A stretch of DNA of 64,000 bases. Source: Thermoplasmata archaeon (GTDB lineage: Archaea; Thermoplasmatota; Thermoplasmata; Lutacidiplasmatales; UBA184). This document shows positions 48,047 through 57,129 of the stretch, piece after piece. The translations under genes were made by a program, and so were the position numbers. The notes under the pieces were generated by a model. The model had not been told where the DNA came from, did not search any database, and saw nothing but the letters and a program-made list of their open reading frames with translations. The stretch covers positions 8,827-72,826 of the forward strand of contig JAKIWS010000005.1 of NCBI GenBank assembly GCA_022749895.1. The letters are read 5' to 3'. Position 1 is the stretch's first letter. Every line of letters starts with the position of its first letter.

Positions 48047-48364
48047 TCACCGGGCGACGACGAGCTGCTCGTCGGTCAGGTGAATCCCCGCCTTCACCAG
48101 CGCCTTGAGCTGCGGGGAAGCGACCCGGTAGAGGACGCGGGCGCCGTCTCGGCGTTCCCGCACGAGGCCGGCCTTTCTGAGGATGGAGAGATGCTGACTC
48201 ATGTTGGGCTGCGACGATGGCTGGAGACGCTCACAGCCCCAGAGATCGCCGACGCTTTTTTCTCCCTCGAGCAAGCAACTGAGGATCACGACCCGACGGG
48301 GGTTGCTTAGGGCGGCGAAGACCTCCGCCAGCCGATGGGCCTGCCGCTCATCGTCCAGCGCCAC
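48047..48364 (-). CDS. ArsR/SmtB-family transcriptional regulator
   Basis: FAALSNPRRVVIL, SQPNMSQHLSILRKAGLV..R.G..V.Y. Confidence 0.9.
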   Translation of the reverse strand: MALDDERQAHRLAEVFAALSNPRRVVILSCLLEGEKSVGDLWGCERLQPSSQPNMSQHLSILRKAGLVRERRDGARVLYRVASPQLKALVKAGIHLTDEQLVVAR

Positions 48365-48400
48365 GAAGGGAGGAACGCACCGGGGGTATTAATATATTTA

Positions 48401-48414
48401 CATATTCGAATATG
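48401..48414. promoter_or_regulatory. Perfect palindrome CATATTCGAATATG, putative ArsR operator
   Basis: Sits in the AT-rich divergent promoter between the ArsR gene and the SRPBCC operon. Confidence 0.6.
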
Positions 48415-48425
48415 CGAAGATTATT

Positions 48426-49046
48426 ATGTATGGACTCCTTCCCCCGTCCGTGAACGAATCACCGTTGCCGAAGCGGGTGGAGAGTTCGATCGTTGTGAAC
48501 GCACGTCCGGAGCGGGTCTTTCCGCTCCTCGAGAATCCGTACTCGCTTCCGAACTGGATTACGTACCTTCGTCAGGTTGAGTGGGCCCGCGGCTCGGGCC
48601 TGGGCTCCCTGGACGGCTGCCACCTCCGGATCGCCGGGATCAAATTCCACGCGACGGCGCGCGTTCACGCCTTCGAAAAGAACGTCCAGATCGGGCGGAC
48701 GAACGTGGAGGGGATGAAGATGCGGTCCGAATTCCACCTCGTGCCCGATGGCTCCCGCACGATCGTGACATGGGCGGTCTCCTACGAGCCTCCCTTAGGG
48801 CAGCTCGGCTTCCTCCTAGATGCGATGATGTTCCACCGGGTCATCAGGAAGGGAGTCGCGGCATCCCTCCACGAGTTGAAGCGCGTCGCCGAGGCGGGCC
48901 ACGGGCGCTTCTGGACTCCATCGCGGGGGCACGCAGGCGCCACGATAGGGGAGAGGGACCCAACGGTTCACGGGTACGCCGACGTCCGGGGGAACCGCTC
49001 TCGTTCCGACCACCCCGGTCGCATGGAGGTCTCGTTCCGCGCATGA
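48426..49046 (+). CDS. SRPBCC-family protein
   Basis: VESSIVVNARPERVF..LPNW..; YEPPLGQLG..LD..SLHELKR. Confidence 0.8.
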   Translation: MYGLLPPSVNESPLPKRVESSIVVNARPERVFPLLENPYSLPNWITYLRQVEWARGSGLGSLDGCHLRIAGIKFHATARVHAFEKNVQIGRTNVEGMKMRSEFHLVPDGSRTIVTWAVSYEPPLGQLGFLLDAMMFHRVIRKGVAASLHELKRVAEAGHGRFWTPSRGHAGATIGERDPTVHGYADVRGNRSRSDHPGRMEVSFRA

Positions 49047-49828
49047 CGAGCCAGAAAATGTCCCCCGTGGACCCCACGGAACTTCGGGCGAAGGTCAAGA
49101 CGATGTACCGGCAGGTTGCCCTCAACCCGAAAGGGAAGTTCCACTTCGAGCTCGGGAAGTCGCTGGCGCTTCGACTCGGCTATCCCGCGGCCGCCCTTAA
49201 AAAGGTGCCCGCCGATGCCGTCGACTGATTCGCGGGGGTTGGCTACCACTTCGGCCTGGCCGCCTTGAATCCCGGGGAGAAGGTCGCGGATCTGGGGAGC
49301 GGGTCCGGTATGGACTGTTTCGTCGCCGCCCACCAGGTCGGCGCCCAAGGCCGCGTCGTCGGCGTGGATATGACGGACCCGCAGCGGACCAAGGCGGAGC
49401 GGCTCGCCTCCAGCGCCGGGTTCCGCCACGTTTCGTTCCTCAAGGGCTACATCGAGAACGTGCCGGCCCCCGACGGGGGGTTCGACGTGGTGATGTCGAA
49501 CGGTGTGATCAATCTCTCCCCCGAGAAAGGTCAGGTATTTCGGGAAGCGGCGCGACTCCTACGCCCAGGCGGTCGGCTCGCGATCTCCGATATCATCACC
49601 GAGAAACCGCTCACCCAGGCGATCGTCTGCGACGTAACGCTCTGGGCGTCGTGCATCGGGGGAGCCGCCCAGCGGCAGACGTTCCACCACGAAATCGAAT
49701 CGGCGGGGCTTAGGATCCTGAGCGTGAAGGAAAACCCCGAGTACAACTTCCTCTCGGAATCCGCCCAGTGGGCGACCGGCGAATTCGGTGTCAAGAGTGT
49801 CTCGATCCTGGCCACCAAGCCGTCGTAG
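49043..49828 (+). pseudogene. ArsM-like SAM methyltransferase interrupted by in-frame TGA at 49226-49228
   Basis: ATGA-coupled start; FHFELG..LGYP..AVD*FAGVG..DLGSGSGMD..SNGVINL..WASCIGGA all in one frame. Confidence 0.75.
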
Positions 49829-50038
49829 TTGGCATCGGCCGTCGCTGCCGCGCCTCGACCGTGCCGCGGCCCGGTTGTGGCGAGCGCCGGGACGCGCGAT
49901 CCCTCCCTTCCGACACGACCCTATCCTCGATTGCCCGGCGAGGGTGCCCCCGGCGCGCCAGCAGAGCTTTTTCGATTCGAGGAGCGATCGGGTTCCGGTC
50001 CGGAGCGTCCCGAGTCCGAGGATCAATCCTTGACGGTG

Positions 50039-50923
50039 ATGAGCCGACGCAAGCATTGGGAATCCATCTATCGGACCAAAGGCGAGGGTGAACTGAGCTG
50101 GCATCAGGACGACCCCACCCTTTCCCTTCGCCTGATTCGAGACGTCGTGGGCGATGACGATCGGGTGATTGACGTCGGCGGAGGGACCTCGACCCTTGGC
50201 GCTCGACTCGCCGACGACGGCCGACGGAAGGTGGTCGTGGTCGACCTCGCCAACGCGGCGATCCAACGAAGCCGGAAGCGTTCGGGTCCTGGGAACCATC
50301 CGGTCCGTTGGATGCGGGCGGACATCACCGACGTTCCCCGGTTGGGCCGATTCGACGTTTGGCACGATCGGGCCGTCTTTCACTTTCTCACCAACCCAGG
50401 TGACCGGCGAGCCTACGTGGAACTGGCCCGACGGACGATTCCCGTCGGCGGCCATGTCATCCTTGCGACGTTTGCCCTGGACGGGCCCGAAACCTGCAGC
50501 GGCCTCGACGTTCGACGCTACGATGGTCGGCGGTTGGAATCGGAATTCGCGCCTGGATTCCTTCTAGTTCGGGAGGTCCGGGAGGTCCATCGCACGCCCT
50601 GGGGCGTTCGTCAGCCGTTCACCTACGTCGTCCTCCGGCGAGTGCGAAATCGGGCGCGCCCGACGTCCCCGGCCCAGCGAGCGGACGGTGGATCGGGTTC
50701 GCGACGTTCCGGTCCGCGGCTCGCCGCGCGGCCTCTGCCTCCGCGGAGGCAACGCGTGCGACCCGTCGCTCGCGCTGCCCGCCATTCTCTGCGAGGCGGC
50801 CCCCCAGCTCACGAAAAATCCGAAACCGCTAGGCCCGGCTCGAGTTCCGTGCCCGTGGCGCGGTCCCGGCGACCGCCCGGGCCGGTGCCGAGCCGTTCCA
50901 GCATCCCTCCCTCGGGCATTTGA
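50039..50923 (+). CDS. Class I SAM methyltransferase with Arg-rich run-on tail
   Basis: HWESIY..LSW, IDVGGG, WHDRAVFHFLT, FALDGPETCSGL, HRTPWG. Confidence 0.85.
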   Translation: MSRRKHWESIYRTKGEGELSWHQDDPTLSLRLIRDVVGDDDRVIDVGGGTSTLGARLADDGRRKVVVVDLANAAIQRSRKRSGPGNHPVRWMRADITDVPRLGRFDVWHDRAVFHFLTNPGDRRAYVELARRTIPVGGHVILATFALDGPETCSGLDVRRYDGRRLESEFAPGFLLVREVREVHRTPWGVRQPFTYVVLRRVRNRARPTSPAQRADGGSGSRRSGPRLAARPLPPRRQRVRPVARAARHSLRGGPPAHEKSETARPGSSSVPVARSRRPPGPVPSRSSIPPSGI

Positions 50924-50946
50924 GCAGTGGACCCTCTCACGTGCTG

Positions 50947-51789
50947 ATGAGAGATCCGCTCGTCTCGAAGAACCTGGATGTCGCCGGCGGCAAGATCGCC
51001 TACGATGAGGGGGGACGGGGTCGCTCAATCGTACTCTTGCACGAGGGAATCGCGGATCGACGCATGTGGAATCGAGAGTTCCCGCTCCTCGCTCGGGACC
51101 ATCGCGTGGTGCGCTACGACCTGCGCGGGTTCGGGAACTCCGCGCCCGCGACTTCGGAGTACTCTCCCGTCCGAGATCTAGTCGCCCTGCTGGACCACCT
51201 GGGCTTGAAGCGGCCGCTGATCGTCGGGCCGAGCATGGGAGGGAAGATCGCCCTCGACCTGACGCTCGCCTACCCCGAGAGGGTCGGTGCCCTCCTGCTC
51301 ATCGCTCCGGGGTACTCGGGCATGGATTACGACCAGGTCCCTGGAGGGAAGGCCACGTTCGAGCGCGACGAGACGCTCTCCAAGGCGGCGAGCGACGCGT
51401 GGGGGGCTGGAAAGCTCGAGGAGGCCACCGAGTACCTGAGGCAGCTCTGGGCTTCTTCGCTCACAGGAAACGCGTTGGACCTCTTCCGAACGATGGTCCG
51501 GGATAACGCGAAGGAAGTCTTCGAGGAGCGTTCCGGCCGGTACGAAACGAGGGAAGGGGGGCCCGCCGCGGCTCGGCTGAACGAGATCCACCTCCCGACA
51601 CGGATCCTCGTCGGCGACCAGGACAACCCCGCGATGCCACACTGCGCGAACTTCCTCGCGCGAGGGATCGCGGGCGCCAGCGTTCAGCTCGTCCCGGGAG
51701 CGGACCACCTCCTGAACCTCTCCCGGCCGGAAGCCTTCGACGCGGCCCTCCGAGGGTTCGTCGCGAGTCTTCCAAACGCTCCCGGATAG
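50947..51789 (+). CDS. Alpha/beta hydrolase
   Basis: YDLRGFG, GPSMGG nucleophile elbow, GDQD, ADHLLN. Confidence 0.9.
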   Translation: MRDPLVSKNLDVAGGKIAYDEGGRGRSIVLLHEGIADRRMWNREFPLLARDHRVVRYDLRGFGNSAPATSEYSPVRDLVALLDHLGLKRPLIVGPSMGGKIALDLTLAYPERVGALLLIAPGYSGMDYDQVPGGKATFERDETLSKAASDAWGAGKLEEATEYLRQLWASSLTGNALDLFRTMVRDNAKEVFEERSGRYETREGGPAAARLNEIHLPTRILVGDQDNPAMPHCANFLARGIAGASVQLVPGADHLLNLSRPEAFDAALRGFVASLPNAPG

Positions 51790-51806
51790 GCGAGGAAGAA
51801 TTCTAG

Positions 51807-52493
51807 ATGGTCGGGGTCTCGAGGGCGTCGTCCAGCCCCGCGAAGGTTCTTCCGGCACATGCCCTAGGGCGCGCTCGTCCGGGGGCCGCGCCGTCGTTCA
51901 CGTCAAGATCTCTCTCCCCGGAGACGTGGCCGGCGTTTGCCCGTCTCGTCGAAAAGCACAACGGAATCTTCGGCGGGTGCTGGTGCATCTCCTTTCATCT
52001 CGAGCCGGGCGAAGAGAAGAGGGGGGCGGCCGCCTACCGCGTCATGAAAGAGGCGCGCGTACGGGAGGGGCGGGCGCACGCCGCGCTCGTCTTCGACGGC
52101 CCGAATGCCGTCGGATGGTGCCAGTTCGGCCCTACCGCAGAACTCCCGAACATCCGTAGCCGGAAGACCTACGAAGAGGGGCTTCGGGAGCTGCCCGATT
52201 GGCGCATCACCTGCTTCTTCATCGACCGGCAACGCAGAGGAGAAGGGGTGGCGAGATACGCCCTGGGCGAGGCCCTCCGAGAGATCGCCCGACTCGGAGG
52301 CGGAACGGTGGAGGCCTACCCTGAAGACGTTGCCGGCCGGAAGGTCTCCCGCTCGTTCCTGTGCAGCGGTACGCTCGGGATGTTCGAGAAGGCGGGATTC
52401 GAGAAGACTCGCAAGATCGCGATGCATCGGTGGGTCGTGGCTCAGAAGATTCCGCCGAAGAGGGCGAAGCGTTCCCTGAACCCACGCCAGTAG
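51807..52493 (+). CDS. GNAT-family acetyltransferase
   Basis: GGCWC, GWCQFGP, ITCFFI..RRGEGVA, VEAYP, MFEKAGF. Confidence 0.85.
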   Translation: MVGVSRASSSPAKVLPAHALGRARPGAAPSFTSRSLSPETWPAFARLVEKHNGIFGGCWCISFHLEPGEEKRGAAAYRVMKEARVREGRAHAALVFDGPNAVGWCQFGPTAELPNIRSRKTYEEGLRELPDWRITCFFIDRQRRGEGVARYALGEALREIARLGGGTVEAYPEDVAGRKVSRSFLCSGTLGMFEKAGFEKTRKIAMHRWVVAQKIPPKRAKRSLNPRQ

Positions 52494-52569
52494 GTTGCAC
52501 CCACGGCTCGATCGACCTGAGGCGCCGGATCAGCGCCAATCCCGATGTCGTGCCCCATTTCCAGAGGGC

Positions 52570-52974
52570 TCAAGAGTCGAGAAATGCACCGATCTTCTCC
52601 AGCTCCGAATCCGGGCCGCTCACGGTAAGGAGCAGTCCGGTTTCTCCGCTCGTGACGGTCCAGCTGAGGTGCGAACAGCAGACGTTCTCGAGATCGACCA
52701 GCTCGGCCAGCTCCTTGCGCACCGACACATCTCCCCGAAAACGAATCCTCAGATTTCCGGGTTCCCGATCGTGCCCGAACGCACCCTTCTCCAGCAGCTG
52801 ACTCCATTGCCCCAGTCGGTCCCGAAGCTCGTCCTGGTCCAGGGAACACCGCTGCGGGCCTGACTCCGCCGATCCTCTCGGGAAAGCCGCTGGGTCGGCC
52901 CCTCGCTCGACCTTCGATCCGCCCGCCGATGCTGACCGACTCGACCCGCAACACTCGCACTCCACTTCCTTCAC
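52570..52974 (-). CDS. Hypothetical Cys-rich protein
   Basis: ECECC near the N-terminus; CSLD..R..W and LVDLENVCC motifs; divergent from the HxlR gene. Confidence 0.6.
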   Translation of the reverse strand: MKEVECECCGSSRSASAGGSKVERGADPAAFPRGSAESGPQRCSLDQDELRDRLGQWSQLLEKGAFGHDREPGNLRIRFRGDVSVRKELAELVDLENVCCSHLSWTVTSGETGLLLTVSGPDSELEKIGAFLDS

Positions 52975-52981
52975 TTCCGAT

Positions 52982-53008
52982 TCGCTTCAATATCTGAAGC
53001 GATATAAG
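52982..53008. promoter_or_regulatory. Inverted repeat TCGCTTCA-N5-TGAAGCGA abutting TATA GATATAAG
   Basis: Perfect 8-bp arms in a 55-bp divergent intergenic region. Confidence 0.65.
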
Positions 53009-53029
53009 GGACTGCTACTTCCGCGCATA

Positions 53030-53389
53030 GTGACGGAGTGCTGCTCGGGTCCTCTCGCCTGCCCGTGTCCCCCCGTGGGGCTGGTCGACGTGGTCGGAAA
53101 GAAATGGGGCATCTGTGTCGTGACGCTCATAGGCCATCACCGACAGCTTCGGTTCGGACCGATCCAACGTTCGCTCCCCCGCGTCAGCCCTGCGACCCTC
53201 TCCGCTACGCTCCGGTCACTCGAACAACGGGAGATCGTTTGCAAGGTGCCGATCTCCGGCGACGGCCGCGCGTCGGCCGCCTACACGCTCACCGAATCCG
53301 GGAGCGAGCTGTATCGGAGCATGTTACCCATGGCCAAGTGGTTGCGACGGAACCACAATCTCGAGATTCACTCCAAAGGCCGTTCGTGA
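53030..53389 (+). CDS. HxlR-family regulator with Cys-rich N-terminus
   Basis: CC...CPCP..DVVGKKW..RFG.I..VSPATLS..LRSLE..YTLTESG. Confidence 0.85.
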   Translation: MTECCSGPLACPCPPVGLVDVVGKKWGICVVTLIGHHRQLRFGPIQRSLPRVSPATLSATLRSLEQREIVCKVPISGDGRASAAYTLTESGSELYRSMLPMAKWLRRNHNLEIHSKGRS

Positions 53390-53562
53390 GCTGGGCGACC
53401 TGGGCCCCTTCGCCATTGCCTCCCCGTCTACGCCTTGGACGCTCCCTGAGAATTCTCATGTGCCCGGCATGACCCTCTCGGACTCCCTTCTCTGCCCCGT
53501 GCTATTCTTCGTCATGGTGTAGCACATGTAAGAACAAAGCCGACAGGATTGAGACCAACGTA

Positions 53563-53570
53563 TTTATATT
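53563..53570 (+). promoter_or_regulatory. TATA box TTTATATT
   Basis: About 29 nt before the tfb ATG. Confidence 0.55.
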
Positions 53571-53598
53571 AGCCTCGCGTAGCCCGAGCTGGTTCACT

Positions 53599-54678
53599 AT
53601 GAGCTCATCTAGCCGTTCCTCCTCACGCCATCGCGCCTCCTCGCCCGCGGTCGGGGCCACCGTTACCGCCGTCCCCGCCCCCCCATCGGGCGATGTCTGC
53701 CCGGAGTGCGGGTCCACACATCTCACCCGCGACGAGATCCGTGGCGAGATCGTCTGCGCCGACTGTGGGCTCGTGGTCGACGCGAGCGCCCTCGTCAGCG
53801 ATCGGGGCCAGCGGGGGAGCAAGGACGATACCGGCCGGGAAGCCCGCGGCTGGGGTCCGGTCATCTCCCCTCTCATGCCCGACAAGGGCCTGTTCAGCGA
53901 GATCGGGGTCCCGACGAGGGACTTCCAGGGCAACAGCCTCTCGCGCAACACCTCGCTCAAGTTCTACCACCTGCGGAAGCTCAACCACCGGCTGCGCGCG
54001 GCCCGAACGCACCAGCGCAACCTGGTCGTTGCCCTCGGCGAGCTCAACCGGCTGGCCGGCGTACTCGGCCTCTCCCGAGAGGTCAAGGAGTCGGCGACCT
54101 ACATCTACCGCCGCGCGCTCGAGCACAAGGCAACCCGCGGCAAGAAGATCGTCGCACTCGTCGCCGCGAGCGTCTACGCGGCGTGCCGGCAGTGCCACGT
54201 CCCGCGGACGATGAAGGAGATCATCGCCCACTCGAAGGCGACCAAGATCGAGGTCGGCCGGGCGTACACCTTGCTCGCTCGCGAGCTCAAGCTCGGGCTC
54301 AAGCCCGTCGAGCCGAGGGACTACCTCGTCCGCTTCACGCAGGACCTGAACCTCTCGAAGGAGGTTCGGCACAAGGTACTCGGGCTCTTGGAGCAGGTCG
54401 AACAGGTCTACTCCACGAGCGGGGTGCTTCCGAACGGCATCCTCGCGACGATCATCTACATCGCCTCCAACCTGATGGGCGAACCCCGCAGCCAGGACCG
54501 GATCGCGGCGGTGGCGAACGTCACGCCGGTGACGATCCGGAACCACTACAAGGAGCTCCTCGACCTCCTCGGTCTCCCGAAGAACCTGACCAACCCGCAG
54601 GCGAGAGGCACCCTGCCCCCGCTCCCCAAGCCGGGAGCGAAGGTCGAGGAAACGGCGGCCGTCGCGGCGGGTCACTAG
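53599..54678 (+). CDS. tfb: Transcription initiation factor IIB (divergent)
   Basis: CPECG..CADCG zinc ribbon, two cyclin repeats, VTIRN.YKEL. Confidence 0.92.
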   Translation: MSSSSRSSSRHRASSPAVGATVTAVPAPPSGDVCPECGSTHLTRDEIRGEIVCADCGLVVDASALVSDRGQRGSKDDTGREARGWGPVISPLMPDKGLFSEIGVPTRDFQGNSLSRNTSLKFYHLRKLNHRLRAARTHQRNLVVALGELNRLAGVLGLSREVKESATYIYRRALEHKATRGKKIVALVAASVYAACRQCHVPRTMKEIIAHSKATKIEVGRAYTLLARELKLGLKPVEPRDYLVRFTQDLNLSKEVRHKVLGLLEQVEQVYSTSGVLPNGILATIIYIASNLMGEPRSQDRIAAVANVTPVTIRNHYKELLDLLGLPKNLTNPQARGTLPPLPKPGAKVEETAAVAAGH

Positions 54679-54726
54679 GGTTCCTCCGGCCCCAAACCGC
54701 ATATCCCGCCGGCCGCTCGCTCGGCC

Positions 54727-55917
54727 GTGGCGGCCGTCCCCACGCTCAGCTACTCGTCGGTCCGGGCGTACCTCGAGTGCCCGCTCCGATGGAAGTTCCT
54801 CTACATCGACCGGCTCCCGGAGACCCCCCGCGGGTACTTTTCATTCGGCCGGACCGTACACTCGGTCCTCGAAGAGCTGCTGCGCCCGCTCGTCCTTCCC
54901 GGACGGCGGAGCATGTCCGACCGGGTGAGCCAGGCGACGCTCGACGACTACCCCGGGAGTTCGGGCCGCGCGACGCCGGGCCGACTTCGATCCCGCGAGG
55001 AGATGCTCGAATTCTACCGGGCCAATTGGCTCGGCGAGGGGTACACGACCCCGGACGAGGAACGGCGGTATCGGCAGTTGGGCGAAGAGATCCTGCTCCG
55101 GTTCCACGACACGATTTCGGCCGCCCCGCCGACCCCCATCGCGGTCGAGGCGCACCTGGAGGCGACCTGGGACGACATCCCCGTGCACGGCTACATCGAC
55201 CGGATCGACCGGACGCCGAGTGGCGGGCTCGAGATCGTCGACTACAAGACGTCGCGCGAACTTTCGGCAGAGGACGCCGAGGGCTCCGACCAGCTGGCCC
55301 TCTATCAGGTCCTCGTCGAGAAGAACTTCCGGGACCCGGTCGAGCGGCTTACTCTGTATCATTTGCGGAGCCAGACGCCCCACTCGGTCGCGCGCCGAGC
55401 CCGCCCGGCGCTTTCCGAGCTGCACGAACGCGTTGTCTCCGTGCGCGACGGCATCCGTACAGAGTCGTACGAGCCGACCCCCGGCCGCCAGTGTGCCCGC
55501 TGTGAGTTCCGGGGCATGTGCCCGGAATTCAAGGAGGTGCCCGCCGGCGAACGCGAGCGACTGAAGGAGCTCGTTGACCGGTTCGAGACGCTCCGGGCCG
55601 ACGAGCGGCGGCTCGAGGGTGATCTCGCCCAGGCGGCTCAGGAACTCCACCGAGCCGCCGAGCGTCTCGGAGTCCACCGGATGCCGGGTTCGCGCGGCGT
55701 CGCCATTCGTCGGCGCGAGGAGAACTGGCGATACCCTGAAGACCGGGTCCGCGGGATCTTGACCGAGGGAGGTCAGCCCGAGATGCGCTCCCCCCTCGAC
55801 ACTGAGGCGATCCGGCGACTCTTGCGCGACCCCTCGTTTCCGCCGGAGGTCAAGCGGAAGATCTCCGAGCTCGGAAGCCGCGACGTCCGTTGGTACTGGA
55901 CGCTCGAGGACAGCTAG
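54727..55917 (+). CDS. PD-(D/E)XK RecB/AddB-like nuclease with 1+3 Cys Fe-S motif
   Basis: LSYSS..CPLRW, GYIDRID..IVDYKT, QLALY, CARCEF..CP. Confidence 0.88.
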   Translation: MAAVPTLSYSSVRAYLECPLRWKFLYIDRLPETPRGYFSFGRTVHSVLEELLRPLVLPGRRSMSDRVSQATLDDYPGSSGRATPGRLRSREEMLEFYRANWLGEGYTTPDEERRYRQLGEEILLRFHDTISAAPPTPIAVEAHLEATWDDIPVHGYIDRIDRTPSGGLEIVDYKTSRELSAEDAEGSDQLALYQVLVEKNFRDPVERLTLYHLRSQTPHSVARRARPALSELHERVVSVRDGIRTESYEPTPGRQCARCEFRGMCPEFKEVPAGERERLKELVDRFETLRADERRLEGDLAQAAQELHRAAERLGVHRMPGSRGVAIRRREENWRYPEDRVRGILTEGGQPEMRSPLDTEAIRRLLRDPSFPPEVKRKISELGSRDVRWYWTLEDS

Positions 55918-56008
55918 ACGGCCTTCGGCCCCCCCGGAGGCTCGCGCGGGACCGAGCGCGGGTTCCGCTTCGCGTAACCATTATCTCGGTCGCCCGGTAG
56001 GCGGCCGT

Positions 56009-57076
56009 ATGGGGACGGAGCTCGCCAGCGCGGGGCGGGTGGAACCTCTTTACGATGGCCCGCTGACCGTCGCGACCCTCTGTTCCCACTCGTCACTCCA
56101 GATCTTCCACGGGGCGCGGACGGAGGGACTCCCGAGCCTCGGCATCGCCGTGGGATCCCCTCCCCGGTTCTACGATGCGTTCCCCCTGGCGCGCCCCGAC
56201 CGGTTCCTGTCGGTGGCCAAGGTCGGGGACGTCAGCAAGGAGGCCCGCCGCTTGCGCGAGGTCGGGGCCGTCATCGTCCCGCACGGGTCGTTCGTCGAGT
56301 ACCTCGGGCCGGAAGCCTTCCAGGAACTGGACGTGCCGGTCTTCGGGAATCGGGCGGTGATCGCCTGGGAGTCCGACCGGGAGAAGGAGCGGATGTGGCT
56401 CGAGTCGGCCGGGGTGGAGATGCCGCGGCGGTTCGCGACCCCCCAGGACGTCGAAGGGCCGGCGATCGTGAAGTACTACGGGGCGAAGGGCGGCAAGGGA
56501 TTCTTCCTCGCGAAAAACCGCGAGGCGATGGACGATTTCACCCCGACCGGTCCGTACGTCATCCAGGAGTACGTCCTGGGGACGCGGTACTACGTCCACT
56601 TCTTCTACTCCCCGCTTTCGGACCGCGGCTATCGGGTCGGCGACGGCTCGCTGGAACTCCTCGGGATGGACCGGCGCGACGAGGCGAACATCGACGAGCT
56701 GTACAAGCTCGGGGCCCAGGAGGAGCTGCTCAAGGCAGGGATCCGTCCGACGTTCGTGGTGACCGGGAACGTCTCGGTCGTGCTCCGCGAGTCGCTCCTC
56801 CCCCAGATCTTCGACGTCGGAGCACGGATCGTCGAGCGGTCGATCGAGCTGTTCGGGGGGATGGTCGGACCGTTCTGCGTCGAGGGGATCATGACGGAGG
56901 AGCTAAGGTTCAAGGTCTTCGAAATCTCGACGCGCATCGTTGCGGGGACGAACCTCTTCATCTCGGGCTCGAGCTACTCCGACCTCGTGGCCCCGAACCT
57001 CTCGACGGGTCGCCGCATCGCGCTCGAGATCAAGCGCGCCCGGGCCGAGCATCGACTCCGTGAAGTGCTGAGCTGA
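56009..57076 (+). CDS. purP: Formate-dependent FAICAR synthetase (PurP family)
   Basis: SHSSLQI..GA..EG, VPHGSFVEY, GAKGGKG, FEISTRIVAGTN. Confidence 0.92.
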   Translation: MGTELASAGRVEPLYDGPLTVATLCSHSSLQIFHGARTEGLPSLGIAVGSPPRFYDAFPLARPDRFLSVAKVGDVSKEARRLREVGAVIVPHGSFVEYLGPEAFQELDVPVFGNRAVIAWESDREKERMWLESAGVEMPRRFATPQDVEGPAIVKYYGAKGGKGFFLAKNREAMDDFTPTGPYVIQEYVLGTRYYVHFFYSPLSDRGYRVGDGSLELLGMDRRDEANIDELYKLGAQEELLKAGIRPTFVVTGNVSVVLRESLLPQIFDVGARIVERSIELFGGMVGPFCVEGIMTEELRFKVFEISTRIVAGTNLFISGSSYSDLVAPNLSTGRRIALEIKRARAEHRLREVLS

Positions 57077-57129
57077 GGGGCGGCCTCTGGGCGCGCCGCC
57101 GGGGAGTTCGTGCGCCGTCGCACGCGCGA

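Noticed and set aside
50650-50923. Extra domain in the Arg-rich tail of the methyltransferase, and similar tails on ACT paralog 1 and pps
   Set aside because: Low-complexity run-on sequence best explained by distant stops in GC-rich DNA.
54727-55917. CRISPR-Cas locus suggested by the Cas4-like nuclease
   Set aside because: No repeat-spacer array or other cas gene is visible in the window.
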